Notes under the pieces: generated by a model
Databases searched by the model: none
Told to the model about the DNA's origin: nothing
Seen by the model: the letters and a program-made list of their open reading frames with translations, nothing else
In this document: in pieces, positions 31,202 through 41,360 of the stretch
Layout of the letters: each line of letters begins with the position of its first letter
How positions within the stretch are numbered: position 1 is the stretch's first letter
Assembly: GCA_963664405.1 (NCBI GenBank)
Contig: OY761158.1
Span: 5,184,001 to 5,248,000, forward strand
Direction: 5' to 3'
DNA: 64,000 nt
Source of the DNA: Thermoanaerobaculia bacterium
GTDB taxonomy: Bacteria > Acidobacteriota > Thermoanaerobaculia > Multivoradales > Multivoraceae
Program-made: the position numbers and the translations under genes

Positions 31202-31328
31202 TCTTTCTTCACTCCTTCGCTGATCGTTTTCGGGGGGTCGCTGCCATCCTCGGGGCGCACCCGGTCGGCTAGCTGCTGAGCTCGTCCTCGCATTCGACGC
31301 TCGGTCGGATCGACGTGATGTACTCAGA

Positions 31329-31350
31329 GAATTAGACATTTGTCAAGAAA
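31329..31350 (-). promoter_or_regulatory. Perfect -35 TTGACA embedded in the operator-like palindrome TTGACA-AA-TGTCTA
   Basis: Minus strand reads TTTCTTGACAAATGTCTAATTC upstream of the esterase; a near copy lies at 25910-25930. Confidence 0.55.
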
Positions 31351-31433
31351 GGCGCAGCGTCGGAATCGCCCGCTCACGCAGGCTTCCAGGCTCTCAGGTG
31401 CCGCGGATCATCGGTTTCGGTGTCGACGCGCTT

Positions 31434-31529
31434 CTAGGAGCCGCGACCCGGCCAGCGGGCAATGAGAGGCACCCGAAATCCGCCTTCGAAGCTGGTCGAT
31501 TTGCCGCCCCACAGGGGGCCTGCCGACCC
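31434..31529 (-). pseudogene. Internal arylsulfatase fragment
   Basis: [28 protein letters not shown] matches the conserved sulfatase GxKxxxxEGGxRVP motif. Confidence 0.7.
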
Positions 31530-31666
31530 GCTCTCGAAGTCGTGCCTCGCCGATGGCCAAACCGTTGCGCAGTAGTCTAGACATGTGTACAGTTCTCGCG
31601 CTACCCCCCAGCCTCCGAGAGATCGACGATTCGACCTCGGCGGCGCCGCCGAGATCAAACCTTCCA

Positions 31667-31933
31667 TTGAAAGCCGTCCTGAGAACTGCCGCTCAGCTGC
31701 CGGTCCCGGTGCTCGTCGCCGCTCTCTTCGCCTCGGCCGGAGGCACCTCGCAGGAGCACAGGGTAGACGACGAATCGGCTGCGCCGAACCTGATCATCAT
31801 TCTCGCCGACGACCTCGGCTACGGTGACATCACCCCCTACGAAGCCGAGCTCGTCAAGACGCCGAATCTCGATCGCATGGCGGCGGAGGGGATCAAGCTC
31901 CGGAGCTTCTACACCACCAGCGGGGTCTGCACG
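31667..31933 (+). pseudogene. Arylsulfatase N-terminal fragment cut within the CxPxR motif
   Basis: Signal peptide and [31 protein letters not shown], then foreign sequence. Confidence 0.85.
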
Positions 31934-31937
31934 CGAC

Positions 31938-32700
31938 GGGTAGGAAATCGCTTTTCTGAGCATGAGGAGCATGAGGAGCATGAGGGTTTTCGGAGGCCTG
32001 GGCGAGAGCTGGAGGTCCTGGGGGTCACTTCTCGGCGGCTCGACAGCAGGATTAGAGTGCGCGGGCCTGGCGGCAGGTGGGTCGCGAGAGTGCTTGGGGG
32101 CGTGCGCGGCAGCGGGGCCCCCCGGGAGTCCCCGGAGGGGGGCCAGAGGAGTCGAGGGTTCCCCGGGAGCGTCAGGCGCTCTTTGTGTCGGCAGGGATGG
32201 GTGTCTCAGACAGGCTCATAGACCAGCTCGGGGGCTGGGGGTGAGTGAGCGAGGGGCTAGCCGCTGTGCGGCCAGGAGAGCATGTTGTTCACCGTGTCAG
32301 CGTCGATCCTTCCCTTCTCGAACAGCATCCTGAGCACCTCGGCTCGGAAGAGGCGCTCCACCTTCTGGGCGTCGAAGTAGAGAAGGTGTCGAAAGGTCCC
32401 GTCAGGGAGCCAGGCGCAACTCGCCAGCTCTCCGAGCAGCTCTTCACCGGCCCACTCAGCCCACTTGAGGGGGGCGAAGCCCTGTTCGAGCAGGCCGCAG
32501 TCCAAGTACCGGTACACCACCCTTGCGACCACGCTGCGCAGGTAGCCGAAGGTCGGCTCGAAACGATCTTCGTAGACCTGGAGGAAGCGCTCGAAGTGGT
32601 GTGTCAAGGCGCGGTACGCCACGCTCCGCTCCGGCCGCCGCCGGCGATAGACCTGGCTGTGAGCCGCCTCTGCCATTGCCTCCCGTCGAAGACAAGAGAC
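31938..32700 (-). mobile_element. Internally deleted IS91-like (rolling-circle, Y2) element
   Basis: ORF 32257-32676 has the YRRRRPE..YLDCG...GFA start of the zinc-binding domain joined to a later LFRAEVLRML..W.HSG segment; C-terminal ELVYEP remnant; end motif AAAAGCGATTTCCTACCC; boundaries approximate. Confidence 0.75.
31958..31984 (+). repeat. GAGCATGAG x3 tandem repeat
   Basis: Read directly. Confidence 0.8.
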
Positions 32701-32874
32701 GGAAAGCGGCGCTCAGATCTGGCACCGATCGCACCTAATGCTCTTCCGCCCCGAGCTCGGCTTCCGCTCGAACCTCGCTGGGGAACGACCGTGGGCGGCA
32801 GGTCGGTGACCGGTTGCGAGGCGTGACGAGCGCTCCGCCGACGAGTACGCCACGCGCTGGTAGGTATAGTTGTG

Positions 32875-32979
32875 GGCTCCCGGCTCGATGGCAAGGGCCA
32901 CGGGCGCAAGTGAGGCGGCCCCTGCGAGCAGTGATTGCACGAGCAGGTGGGGTGGTAGGAGAGCGCTCTGCCAGAGGTC
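32875..32979 (-). pseudogene. Possible NrfD/PsrC-type membrane subunit fragment
   Basis: DLWQSALLPPHLLVQSLLAGAA resembles NrfD-family proteins; from recall only. Confidence 0.4.
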
Positions 32980-33252
32980 GCTCGCGAGAAGCCTCGCTCT
33001 CGGTGCCACCCGAAGAAAATTGGCTTGTTGTGCACTTTTCTCCTCGCCTGCGGACCCTACGCCTTGCGCCTCGTGTTTGCGGACTCCGTGGGTGGAGCCC
33101 CCGCGAGCGCTCGAGAAAGCGCCTAGCCGATCCCCTGGATATCGTCGAGCTCGAGGCTTCGGTCGAGTATGTCTGGCTCGAGCCCATAGACCCGGAACAG
33201 CAGGAAGAACTGTCGCTCAAGGTCGGTGGGAAGCGCGCTGAGGCGCGAAGGC

Positions 33253-34287
33253 TTAGGAAGAGCCGATCGATAGCAGGTTCTGCACTGGGCGGTAGAGCTC
33301 TTCGAGATAGACGACGTCCGCTTCGTCGAGGACGATCTCGGCCGCAGCGACCAGCTGCTCGAGCTGCTCGATCTTGGACACTCCCACCACCGGGGCGTGG
33401 ATCTCTGGCTTGTTGAGCAGCCAGGCGACCGCGATCTGAGCCGAAGACCTACCGTACTTTTCAGCCACCTCGACCACGCGGGCGGCGATCGCGAAATCGT
33501 TCTCACCCTTGTATAGACTCTCGGTGCGTTTGCGATCGCCACCTTTTGAGCGATCGGTGGAGCCGGCGTCGAAGCCGCCCTTGTAGGAGCCGGTCAGGAT
33601 GCCTCGGGCGAGCGGCGACCACGGAGTCAGCGCCACGCCGCTCTTGGCGCAGTAGGGATTCATCTCCCTCTCTTCCTCGCGGTAAATGAGGTTGTAGTGA
33701 TTCTGCATCGAGACGAACTGGGTCCACCCGTTCATCTGGGCCGTCATCTGCAGCTCGGCGAACTGCCAGGCGAACATCGAGGATCCGCCGAGGTAGAGAA
33801 CCTTGCCGGCCTTGACCACGTCGTGGAGGGCCTCCATGGTCTCTTCGATCGGCGCCTGCACCTGGCCGCGCGGAATGCCGTGAGGATGGCGGTGGATGAC
33901 GAGTTGGTCGATGTAGTCATGGCCAAGGCGCTGGAGAGACCGGTCGACGCCTTCGATGATGTGCTTGCGCGAGAGTCCACCGTGGTTGGCGGCCGGTCCC
34001 ATCGGCATCGCCACCTTGGTTGCGAGCACGTACTCATCGCGGGGTAAGAGCTCGTTGAGCAACTTCCCGACCACTCTCTCGCACGCGCCGACGCCGTAGA
34101 TGTCGGCACAGTCGAAATAGAAGAGTCCGTGCTCGATGGCGGCCTTGAAGATCGGCCGAGCCTGGTCGAGGTCGAGGGTCCAGTCGCCTTGGTGCCCTGT
34201 CCCCGGCTCTCCGAAGTTCATGGTGCCTAAACAGAGCTCCGATACGCGCAGGCCGCAGTTGTTTCCGAGTTGTACGGCTTTGAGCAT
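33253..34287 (-). CDS. Aldo/keto reductase
   Basis: LGNNCGLRVSELCLGTMNFG, FDCADIYG, LATKV, SLQRLGHDYID and PWSPLARG. Confidence 0.93.
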   Translation of the reverse strand: MLKAVQLGNNCGLRVSELCLGTMNFGEPGTGHQGDWTLDLDQARPIFKAAIEHGLFYFDCADIYGVGACERVVGKLLNELLPRDEYVLATKVAMPMGPAANHGGLSRKHIIEGVDRSLQRLGHDYIDQLVIHRHPHGIPRGQVQAPIEETMEALHDVVKAGKVLYLGGSSMFAWQFAELQMTAQMNGWTQFVSMQNHYNLIYREEEREMNPYCAKSGVALTPWSPLARGILTGSYKGGFDAGSTDRSKGGDRKRTESLYKGENDFAIAARVVEVAEKYGRSSAQIAVAWLLNKPEIHAPVVGVSKIEQLEQLVAAAEIVLDEADVVYLEELYRPVQNLLSIGSS

Positions 34288-34363
34288 GATTGAAGCTATG
34301 ACCTCCGAAGACGATGTGAGTGCTGATTCCCTGCAGGGCAACAGTATCGAATGTTGCTGCGAT

Positions 34364-35356
34364 CTATGACGCGGCGCTAGCCCCCACTTGGGCGGCAATC
34401 TCGAAGGAGCGCAGCCGTGCACCATGATCAAAGATCGAGGAGACTACGATGAGCTCGTCGGCTCCGGTCTTGGCGACAAAGGCTTCGAGCCCGCGGCGGA
34501 CGGTCTCCGGCCCGCCCACGGCCGAGCAGGACGCGACTTCGTCGAGCATGCGGCGCTCGGCCGACGAAAGCGTGGCCTCGAAGCCGGCCAGCGGAGGGGG
34601 TAGCTGACCTGGTGTCCCGCGCCGGAGTCGGACGAAGGACTGCTGTGCGGAGGTCCGCAGCAGCTGCGCCTCCTCGTCTGTATCTGCGGCGCAGACATTG
34701 AACCCCAGCATTACGAACGGTTGGTCGAGCTGATCCGAGGGCTCGAAGCGGCTGCGATAGATCTCGATGGCCTGCATCATCGCGGCAGGAGCAAAATGCG
34801 AAGCGAAGGCATAGGGGAGCCCGAGTGCGGCGGCGAGCTGAGCGCCGTAGAGGCTGGAGCCCAGGATCCATAGCGGCACCTCCAGACCCGCACCGGGTAC
34901 GGCTCGCACTCGCTGGCTTGGCGTGGCCTCTAGGAAGTAATCCCGCACTTCGACGACGTCGCGAGGAAAGTCGTCGACGTTACCGGCAAGGTTGCGGCGC
35001 AACGCGTAGGCGGTGTACTGGTCGGTGCCTGGCGCTCGGCCCAGGCCGAGGTCGATGCGACCCGGGAAGAGTGACGCCAGTGTTCCGAACTGCTCGGCGA
35101 TCACTAGTGGAGCGTGGTTCGGCAGCATGACGCCGCCCGAGCCCACGCGGATCGTCGAAGTACCGCCGGCGACGTGGCCGATGACGACCGCGGTCGCCGC
35201 GCTGGCGATTCCCTTCATATTGTGATGCTCGGCCACCCAGAAACGCTGATAGCCCCAGCGCTCCGCATGTTGCGCCAGGTCGAGTGTGTTGCTCAGCGCC
35301 GTCGCGGCGGTGCTGCCCTCGGTGATGGGCGAGAGGTCGAGAACGGAAAGCCTCAT
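34364..35356 (-). CDS. Luciferase-like monooxygenase (LLM, YhbW-type)
   Basis: [28 protein letters not shown] and [12 protein letters not shown]. Confidence 0.93.
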   Translation of the reverse strand: MRLSVLDLSPITEGSTAATALSNTLDLAQHAERWGYQRFWVAEHHNMKGIASAATAVVIGHVAGGTSTIRVGSGGVMLPNHAPLVIAEQFGTLASLFPGRIDLGLGRAPGTDQYTAYALRRNLAGNVDDFPRDVVEVRDYFLEATPSQRVRAVPGAGLEVPLWILGSSLYGAQLAAALGLPYAFASHFAPAAMMQAIEIYRSRFEPSDQLDQPFVMLGFNVCAADTDEEAQLLRTSAQQSFVRLRRGTPGQLPPPLAGFEATLSSAERRMLDEVASCSAVGGPETVRRGLEAFVAKTGADELIVVSSIFDHGARLRSFEIAAQVGASAAS

Positions 35357-35413
35357 ACGGCGCGAAGTGTACTCCGGGTCGAAGGAACGATCCGGGAGAG
35401 AATCGATCCGAGG

Positions 35414-36250
35414 CTACGTCTTCCGAGCCGCGACGAGACAGCTTGACCCGGAGTGCATTACGAGCCCTTGCTGGATGCGATCGACTTCTTTGTCCAGAGA
35501 CCATTGCAGGAATCGCCCTGTCCATCCCTTCCTCGGCCGGTGCTCACTCTGAGTAACCTTCGACGTTATGTGCCCGCGTAGGCCCAGCCGAGAAGGCAGG
35601 CTTCGTAGTAGAAGGATCGGGATCGGCATCAGTTTGAAGAAGTAGCTGGCGTATAAGACCTCGAAGCCGACTCTCTCGAGGAGGCTCCCCAGTCCCGAGA
35701 TCGTGTATCTCCTGAAGTGCCCCGCTTCGACGTCGTCCCGAGACCACAGCAGAGGCTGGGCCGGTACGGTGAGAAAGAGGGTGCCTTGGGGTGCCAGCAC
35801 TCCATGAACTTCGGTGAGAAAGGCGGCATCTTCTTCGATGTGCTCGACGACATCGAAGAGGCCCACTGCCGGAAGCGAACCGGGGCGGAAGCCGGCGGTC
35901 TCTAGTGTCGCTTCGACGACGTACTCGACTCCGCGGGAAGAAGCGTTGCGGGCGCCCGATGGGCCGGGCTCCACCACAACCGCGGCGTGCCCGCTGGTCT
36001 GAATGGCGAGCGCCACGAAGCCGTTGCCTGCACCGATGTCGAAGATCGGGTCGGTGCTCTCCGGCGGGTGGCGTCGGATCAGCTCGACGATGCAGCGGTT
36101 GCGATGCAGAAACCAGAAAGACTCTTCTTCGACCTGGAAGCAGATCTCGTTCCCGTGCTCGGGGTAGGAGACCGGCGCTCGAGTCGCGGCACGCCAGACT
36201 CCATCGTCGCCCCTGCTGAGAGTCGAGCTGTAACGCCGCAGGTCGACCAT
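35414..36250 (-). CDS. Class I SAM-dependent methyltransferase
   Basis: DIGAGNG, FDVVEHIEED, LTVPA..LWS.DD and GHFRRY. Confidence 0.88.
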   Translation of the reverse strand: MVDLRRYSSTLSRGDDGVWRAATRAPVSYPEHGNEICFQVEEESFWFLHRNRCIVELIRRHPPESTDPIFDIGAGNGFVALAIQTSGHAAVVVEPGPSGARNASSRGVEYVVEATLETAGFRPGSLPAVGLFDVVEHIEEDAAFLTEVHGVLAPQGTLFLTVPAQPLLWSRDDVEAGHFRRYTISGLGSLLERVGFEVLYASYFFKLMPIPILLLRSLPSRLGLRGHITSKVTQSEHRPRKGWTGRFLQWSLDKEVDRIQQGLVMHSGSSCLVAARKT

Positions 36251-36253
36251 GAT

Positions 36254-37345
36254 TCAGGCGAGCACGTTGGTGCCTGCGCGTTTGCGGTCGAGAGTTGTGT
36301 CCGAGGTCGGGTCTTTGCTGACCGCGACCAGAGTCTTACCGAAGTTGCCTCCCTCGAGCATGGCTCGAAACGCTCGTGGCGCCTCCCCGAGTCCTCGGCA
36401 AAGATCCTCGCGGTATCGAATACGTCCGTCTCGAATCCACTCAGCCATCTCGCTGAGAAAGCGAGCCTGGTGATCCTCGACGAAGTTTCGCACCCACAGG
36501 TCGTGGACTTCGACGGACTGTCTCTCAAAGGTGGTCTGGCCCGTCTTCCTCCAGCTGTCTCTCGGGTCCTTGCCGTCGGTGTTGCTGTACTGAGAGATCA
36601 GCCCGCACAGAGTAATTCGGGAGCCTCGGTTCAAGAGAGGTAGAACGCCTTCGAAGACGAGGCCGCCGACACTTTCGAAGTAGACATCGACTCCATCGGG
36701 ACAGGCTGCGAGCAAGTCTTCGTTGAACGAGGGGGAGAGGTGAGAGACGCAGGCGTCGAAGCCGAGCTCTTCCCTGACGAAGTCGCACTTCTCCTGCTTT
36801 CCGGCCACGCCGACGACGCGGCAGCCGTGGATCGCGGCGATCTGCCCCGCGACCTGACCGACCCCGCCGGAAGCTGCGGAGATGACGACGGTCTCGCCCG
36901 GGCGCGGCCGACACTGCAGGTAGAGGCCTCCATAGGCGGTGAGGCCCAGCATTCCGAGCACGCCCAGCGCGGTGGAGATCGGCGCCAGCCCTGGATCGAG
37001 CTTGCGTGGAAACATGTAAGTGAAAACGTCGATGCCTTCCCCGGTGAGCCCGTAGGTCTGCCAGCCGTTGGTGTTGAAGAGATAGTCGCCGGGCTGGTAC
37101 TCGTCGACTCTACTTTCGACCACCTGAGCCACAGTTCGGCCGTGACAGATCTCACCGACAGCTTCAAGAGCACTGCGTCGCCGCCCCCACTGATAGGGAT
37201 CCAAAGACAGGTAGAGAGTCCTGGTCAGGATCTGGCCCACTTCGGGCGAAGGAGCGTCCGCCTCCTCCCAGAGGAGGTCCTCAGCGACCGGTAGCCCGCC
37301 AGGGGGTCTGCGGGCGAGCTTCCACATCAAGTTACGATCGGCCAT
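36254..37345 (-). CDS. NADP-dependent oxidoreductase (PTGR/CurA-like MDR)
   Basis: YLSLDPY, LGMLGLTAY, SAASGGVG, GVDVYFESVGG and GGNFGK. Confidence 0.9.
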   Translation of the reverse strand: MADRNLMWKLARRPPGGLPVAEDLLWEEADAPSPEVGQILTRTLYLSLDPYQWGRRRSALEAVGEICHGRTVAQVVESRVDEYQPGDYLFNTNGWQTYGLTGEGIDVFTYMFPRKLDPGLAPISTALGVLGMLGLTAYGGLYLQCRPRPGETVVISAASGGVGQVAGQIAAIHGCRVVGVAGKQEKCDFVREELGFDACVSHLSPSFNEDLLAACPDGVDVYFESVGGLVFEGVLPLLNRGSRITLCGLISQYSNTDGKDPRDSWRKTGQTTFERQSVEVHDLWVRNFVEDHQARFLSEMAEWIRDGRIRYREDLCRGLGEAPRAFRAMLEGGNFGKTLVAVSKDPTSDTTLDRKRAGTNVLA

Positions 37346-37486
37346 GGCTTAGTCTAGCCTCAGGAAGCGAATCGGCGTGATTGCGCTGATACTCTGGGCG
37401 TCTTGGACGCTCCGACTGTGCATCCTTTCGATGAGACGTCTTGAAGTTATGAGGCGTCCTAGCTGAGAACTAGAGGAGAACCGTGC

Positions 37487-38512
37487 ATGCAATCGCGATC
37501 AATTTCTTTCCTCCAGGGTGGCGTACTTCCTTTCGCTTTCTTGCTGCTCTTGTGCTCGCTGAGCTTGGGAGCGCAAGTCACTGGCGGCGGTCAGGGAGCG
37601 GTTGAACGACTCGACCCGGCGCTCGACGCCCTGATCGACCTCAGTGCGACGATCGAGAAAGTCGGCGGCGGCTTTGGCTTCGTCGAAGGACCGGCTTGGG
37701 TCCCGAGCGCGGATGGGTCCTATCTCCTGTTCAGCGACATTCCCGAAAACAAGGTTCGTCGTCTGGATGCCGATGGGACGCTTTCCGTCGCTCTAGACCC
37801 TGTCACTCCGCCAGACTCACCCGCCGGCGGCACCGGTGGCTCGAATGGTCTGGCGCTCGACCTCGAAGGCCGGGTGATCCTCTGCGAGCATGGCAATCGA
37901 CGGATCGCGCGCCTGGAGTCGGACGGAACCCGGACCACCCTGGCGGACCGTTACGAAGGAAAGAGGCTCAACAGCCCCAACGACATCGTTTTTCACAGTA
38001 GTGGCTCCGCCTACTTCACCGATCCGACCTACGGGGTGCCCGACAAGAGCCTCAGGGAAGTCGAGTGGGCCGGCATCTATCGTCTGTCGAAGGACGGCAA
38101 GGTCGAGTTGCTCGACAAGGGCCTCGCGAACCCCAACGGGATCGGTCTCTCGCCCGACGAGAAGACCCTCTATGTCGCCAACTCACACCCTGTTCGCCGC
38201 ATCTGGATGGCCTACCCGATCGAGGCCGATGGTTCGACGGGGCAAGGACGCGTGCATTTCGACGGCAGCTCGATCAAGGCCCAGGGCGTGCCCGACGGTT
38301 TTGCCGTCGACGAGAAGGGGAATATCTGGGCCAGCGGACCTGGCGGCATCGTGGTGATCGACCCCACCGGAAAGCACATTGGCACGGTCAAGGTGCCCGA
38401 GCAGCCTGCAAACGCCGGCTTTGGTGACGACGGCAGGACGCTGTACATGACCGCCAGAACCGGGCTGTATCGGGTGAAGTTGAAGGTCAAAGGGCTCCGG
38501 TTTCGAGAATAG
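37487..38512 (+). CDS. Secreted SMP-30/gluconolactonase family protein
   Basis: Signal peptide; EGPAW, FSDIP, RLNSPND, PNGIGLSPD and PDGFAVD. Confidence 0.92.
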   Translation: MQSRSISFLQGGVLPFAFLLLLCSLSLGAQVTGGGQGAVERLDPALDALIDLSATIEKVGGGFGFVEGPAWVPSADGSYLLFSDIPENKVRRLDADGTLSVALDPVTPPDSPAGGTGGSNGLALDLEGRVILCEHGNRRIARLESDGTRTTLADRYEGKRLNSPNDIVFHSSGSAYFTDPTYGVPDKSLREVEWAGIYRLSKDGKVELLDKGLANPNGIGLSPDEKTLYVANSHPVRRIWMAYPIEADGSTGQGRVHFDGSSIKAQGVPDGFAVDEKGNIWASGPGGIVVIDPTGKHIGTVKVPEQPANAGFGDDGRTLYMTARTGLYRVKLKVKGLRFRE

Positions 38513-38543
38513 ACGGTCGGCGGCCGAGGCGGAGCGGCGGGGT

Positions 38544-38576
38544 GGATGAGGGCTGGATGAGGGCTGGATGAGGGGA
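38544..38576 (+). repeat. GGATGAGGGCT-type 11-bp tandem repeat (3 units)
   Basis: Read directly; the last unit supplies the RBS of the next gene. Confidence 0.7.
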
Positions 38577-38582
38577 ACAGCT

Positions 38583-39647
38583 ATGCGTTCTACGATGATG
38601 ACGGCGGCCTTGGTGGGGTTTGCGCTGACTTCCTCTGGAGGGGCGGCCGAGAGCGACGACACCGTCGAGTGGAGGCACTACGGAGGCAGCCGCGCCAGCA
38701 CCAAGTACTCTCCAGCGGATCAGATCGACGCTTCCAAGCTTGCAGAGCTGGCGGTCGCCTGGAGATGGCAGAGCAAGGACGACCAGATCGAGGCCGAGGT
38801 TCCGGCGTTGATTCTGCGCGCGACGCCCCTGGTGGTCGGAGGTCGGCTGTTCGTCATCAGCGCCTACAACGTCATCAGCGCGCTGGACCCGGCCACCGGA
38901 GAGGAGCTCTGAAGCTTCGATCCGAAGGCTTACGAGCGCGGCAGAGTGCCCCACCGCGGCTATAACAGCCGCGGAGTGGAGTATTGGACCGACGGCAGCG
39001 TAGAGCGCATCTTCGCTGGGACCACCTCGTTGCAGCTTGTTTCACTCGATGCGAAGACCGGCCGGCCCGCCTCGGGCTTCGGGGTGGACGGCATTGTCGA
39101 TATGCGAGAGGGACTCGGCCGAGAATTCGATGTGCGCCAGATCGGAATGAACGCGCCGCCGGTGGCCTGCGGGGCGACGGTGGTGACTGGCTCGGTCATC
39201 AATGACTTCGGCACCACGCAGCGGATGCCGCCCGGCCACGTGCGCGGATGGGATGCGCGCACCGGCGCTATGAAGTGGATCTTCCACACCATCCCACAGG
39301 AGGGCGAAGTCGCGGTCGAGACCTGGGAGGGAGAGTCCTGGCGTTACAGCGGCAACACCAACGTCTGGACGATGATGAGCTGCGACGATGAGCGCGGCAT
39401 CGTCTACCTCCAGACCAGCACGCCCCGCGACGATCACTATGGTGGCCACCGCCTCGGCGACAATCTGTTCGCCGAGAGCCTGGTTGCGGTGGACGCGGAC
39501 TCTGGAGAGCGTCTGTGGCACTTCCAGGGCGTGCATCACGGACTCTGGGATTACGACTTCCCGGCGGCGCCGAATCTGGTCGACATCACCGTCGACGGCA
39601 AGTCGATCGCGGCGGTTGCGCAAGTCTCGAAGCAGGGCTTGGTTTAG
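38583..39647 (+). pseudogene. PQQ-dependent (glucose/quinate-type) dehydrogenase with a nonsense mutation and 3' truncation
   Basis: WRHYGG..KYSPADQI, ATPLVV, in-frame TGA at 38910 (GEEL*SFDP, a Trp position) and WHFQGVHHGLWDYD; ends after about 350 codons. Confidence 0.85.
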
Positions 39648-40528
39648 TTTGGCTGACTCGGGGCGGTCGCGCTGCCGACGAGAACCACGGTGCCGTCGTC
39701 TTTCTCCACCCAGACCGCTGCTTGGTCGCGTCCCGCGGGTGACTCGCCGGCGGCCGTCAAGACTCCGTTGGCCGAGATGCGGTCCCCGGGCCAAACGATA
39801 TTGGTGAATTTGACGTCGATCTCGCCTCCTTGCCACCAGCTGGCACCGAAGTGCCGTTGCAGCATCTCCGTCACCAGCGACAGCGTCATCCGGCCGCCGA
39901 CAACGACATCGCTGAAGCCGAGCTCTTCCGCACTCGATCGAGAGGTGTGGTAGTTGGCCTTGCCGTGAAAGAAGAGGCCACACATCTCCAGCGAGATCGT
40001 TCGCGCCAGCCCCTCGATCGCCTTGCCCTCTGGGCGGCGATAGCGCCGGCACCCCTCCTTCTTCTGCGGCGAGCGTAGGTCGACGCTGCCGGTGCTCTGC
40101 TCCACGAGGAAGCTCTGGTGGTGCCTCCCGGTGGCCGCGATCGCTCCGGCGGCGTTCTCGATGTTCACCTCGGCGAGGACTACGCTCCGCCCTCGGTAGT
40201 CGTAGATGTCTCGGACCTCCCCATCGATCTGATAACGCTCACCCAGGTGTAGGGGCTCGCGAAAGCTCCACTGCTGGCGGATCCAGAGATTGCCGAAGAC
40301 GTTGCGAAGGAAAAAACGACGGATAACCAAGTCCTCGGCCGTTCCGACCAGCATCGACGGCGCCACAGCTTGGTCGAAAGCCGAGTCGGAGGCCGATTCG
40401 GCCGGAGCCATGTCGAGGCCCTGGAAATAGGCCTCGATCCGGGTTTCGCTCACGTCGAACGAGACAGGCTCGATTGTGTCGCCGACCTCAGGGTCGCGGT
40501 CGGGGAGGGCAGGGGAGGAGGAAGTCAT
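39644..40528 (-). CDS. Tandem MaoC/hot-dog dehydratase-like protein
   Basis: Two hot-dog halves; NYHTSRSSAEELGF and KFTNIVWPGD. Confidence 0.75.
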   Translation of the reverse strand: MTSSSPALPDRDPEVGDTIEPVSFDVSETRIEAYFQGLDMAPAESASDSAFDQAVAPSMLVGTAEDLVIRRFFLRNVFGNLWIRQQWSFREPLHLGERYQIDGEVRDIYDYRGRSVVLAEVNIENAAGAIAATGRHHQSFLVEQSTGSVDLRSPQKKEGCRRYRRPEGKAIEGLARTISLEMCGLFFHGKANYHTSRSSAEELGFSDVVVGGRMTLSLVTEMLQRHFGASWWQGGEIDVKFTNIVWPGDRISANGVLTAAGESPAGRDQAAVWVEKDDGTVVLVGSATAPSQPN

Positions 40529-40538
40529 TGGCTCTGCT

Positions 40539-41354
40539 CTAGCCCTTGTGGAACTCGGGGGTGCGCTTGGCCATGAACGCCGAGATGGCCTCCTTGGCCT
40601 CGCCGTTACCTGTGTTCCCGATCATGTGCTCCGCCTCGAGCACCAGACTCTCGCGCAGACTTTGCGCCATGCCTCGGTTCAGATTGACCTTCATCCGCCC
40701 GAGCGCGTTCGTCGGACCATTGGCGATGGCGGCGGCGTAAGCAAGGGCATCTTCGCGAAAGCTCTCGTGCGGGAAGACTTTGTTGAAGAGACCGAGGCTT
40801 GCTCCTTCTTCGGCGTTGACTCGATCAGCGGTGTAGAAGAGCTCCTTGGCCTTGGACAGGCCAATCAACCTTGGTAGAAACCAACTACTACCGTAATCGC
40901 CCGACAGCCCGATGTTGCGAAAGGCGGTCGTCACAAAGGCATGGCTCGAGGCGATGCGCAGATCGCATGCAAGTGCGATAGAAAGCCCAGCTCCCGCCGC
41001 GGCGCCGGGAAGAGCCGCGATGGTGACCTTTGCGAGCTCATGAATCCTCAGGGTGAGTGTCGCTTGCTTGTGGACGAGCTCGGCAATGGCGTCCCTTCTT
41101 GATTTGGGCGCCCCGCTGCTGCCGCCGCCCATGCCACTCACGTCACCACCCGAACAGAACGCATCGCCCGCTCCGGTGAGCATCACGCAGCCTACACGCT
41201 CATCTTCTTCGAGAGTCACGACGGTGCGGCGCAATGCCGGGGTCAGAATGTCGCCGAGCGCATTCTTCTTGTGCGGTTTGTTGAGGGTGATGACCCCAAC
41301 TCGGTTCTCGATGTGGCACAAGAGCTCATCGGTCCCCGTCTCTATTTCGATCAT
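40539..41354 (-). CDS. Enoyl-CoA hydratase/isomerase
   Basis: AFCSGGD, AAGAGLSIALACDLR and IGLSGDYG. Confidence 0.92.
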   Translation of the reverse strand: MIEIETGTDELLCHIENRVGVITLNKPHKKNALGDILTPALRRTVVTLEEDERVGCVMLTGAGDAFCSGGDVSGMGGGSSGAPKSRRDAIAELVHKQATLTLRIHELAKVTIAALPGAAAGAGLSIALACDLRIASSHAFVTTAFRNIGLSGDYGSSWFLPRLIGLSKAKELFYTADRVNAEEGASLGLFNKVFPHESFREDALAYAAAIANGPTNALGRMKVNLNRGMAQSLRESLVLEAEHMIGNTGNGEAKEAISAFMAKRTPEFHKG

Positions 41355-41360
41355 CGTGGC

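Noticed and set aside
31636-31653. Perfect 18-bp palindrome CTCGGCGGCGCCGCCGAG
   Set aside because: Single, very GC-rich and upstream of a pseudogene; no U-tract or second copy supports a function.
38910-38912. In-frame TGA in the PQQ dehydrogenase as selenocysteine or recoding
   Set aside because: It sits at the conserved Trp of the PQQ repeat (TGG to TGA), the gene is also 3' truncated, and TGA is a normal stop elsewhere in the window.
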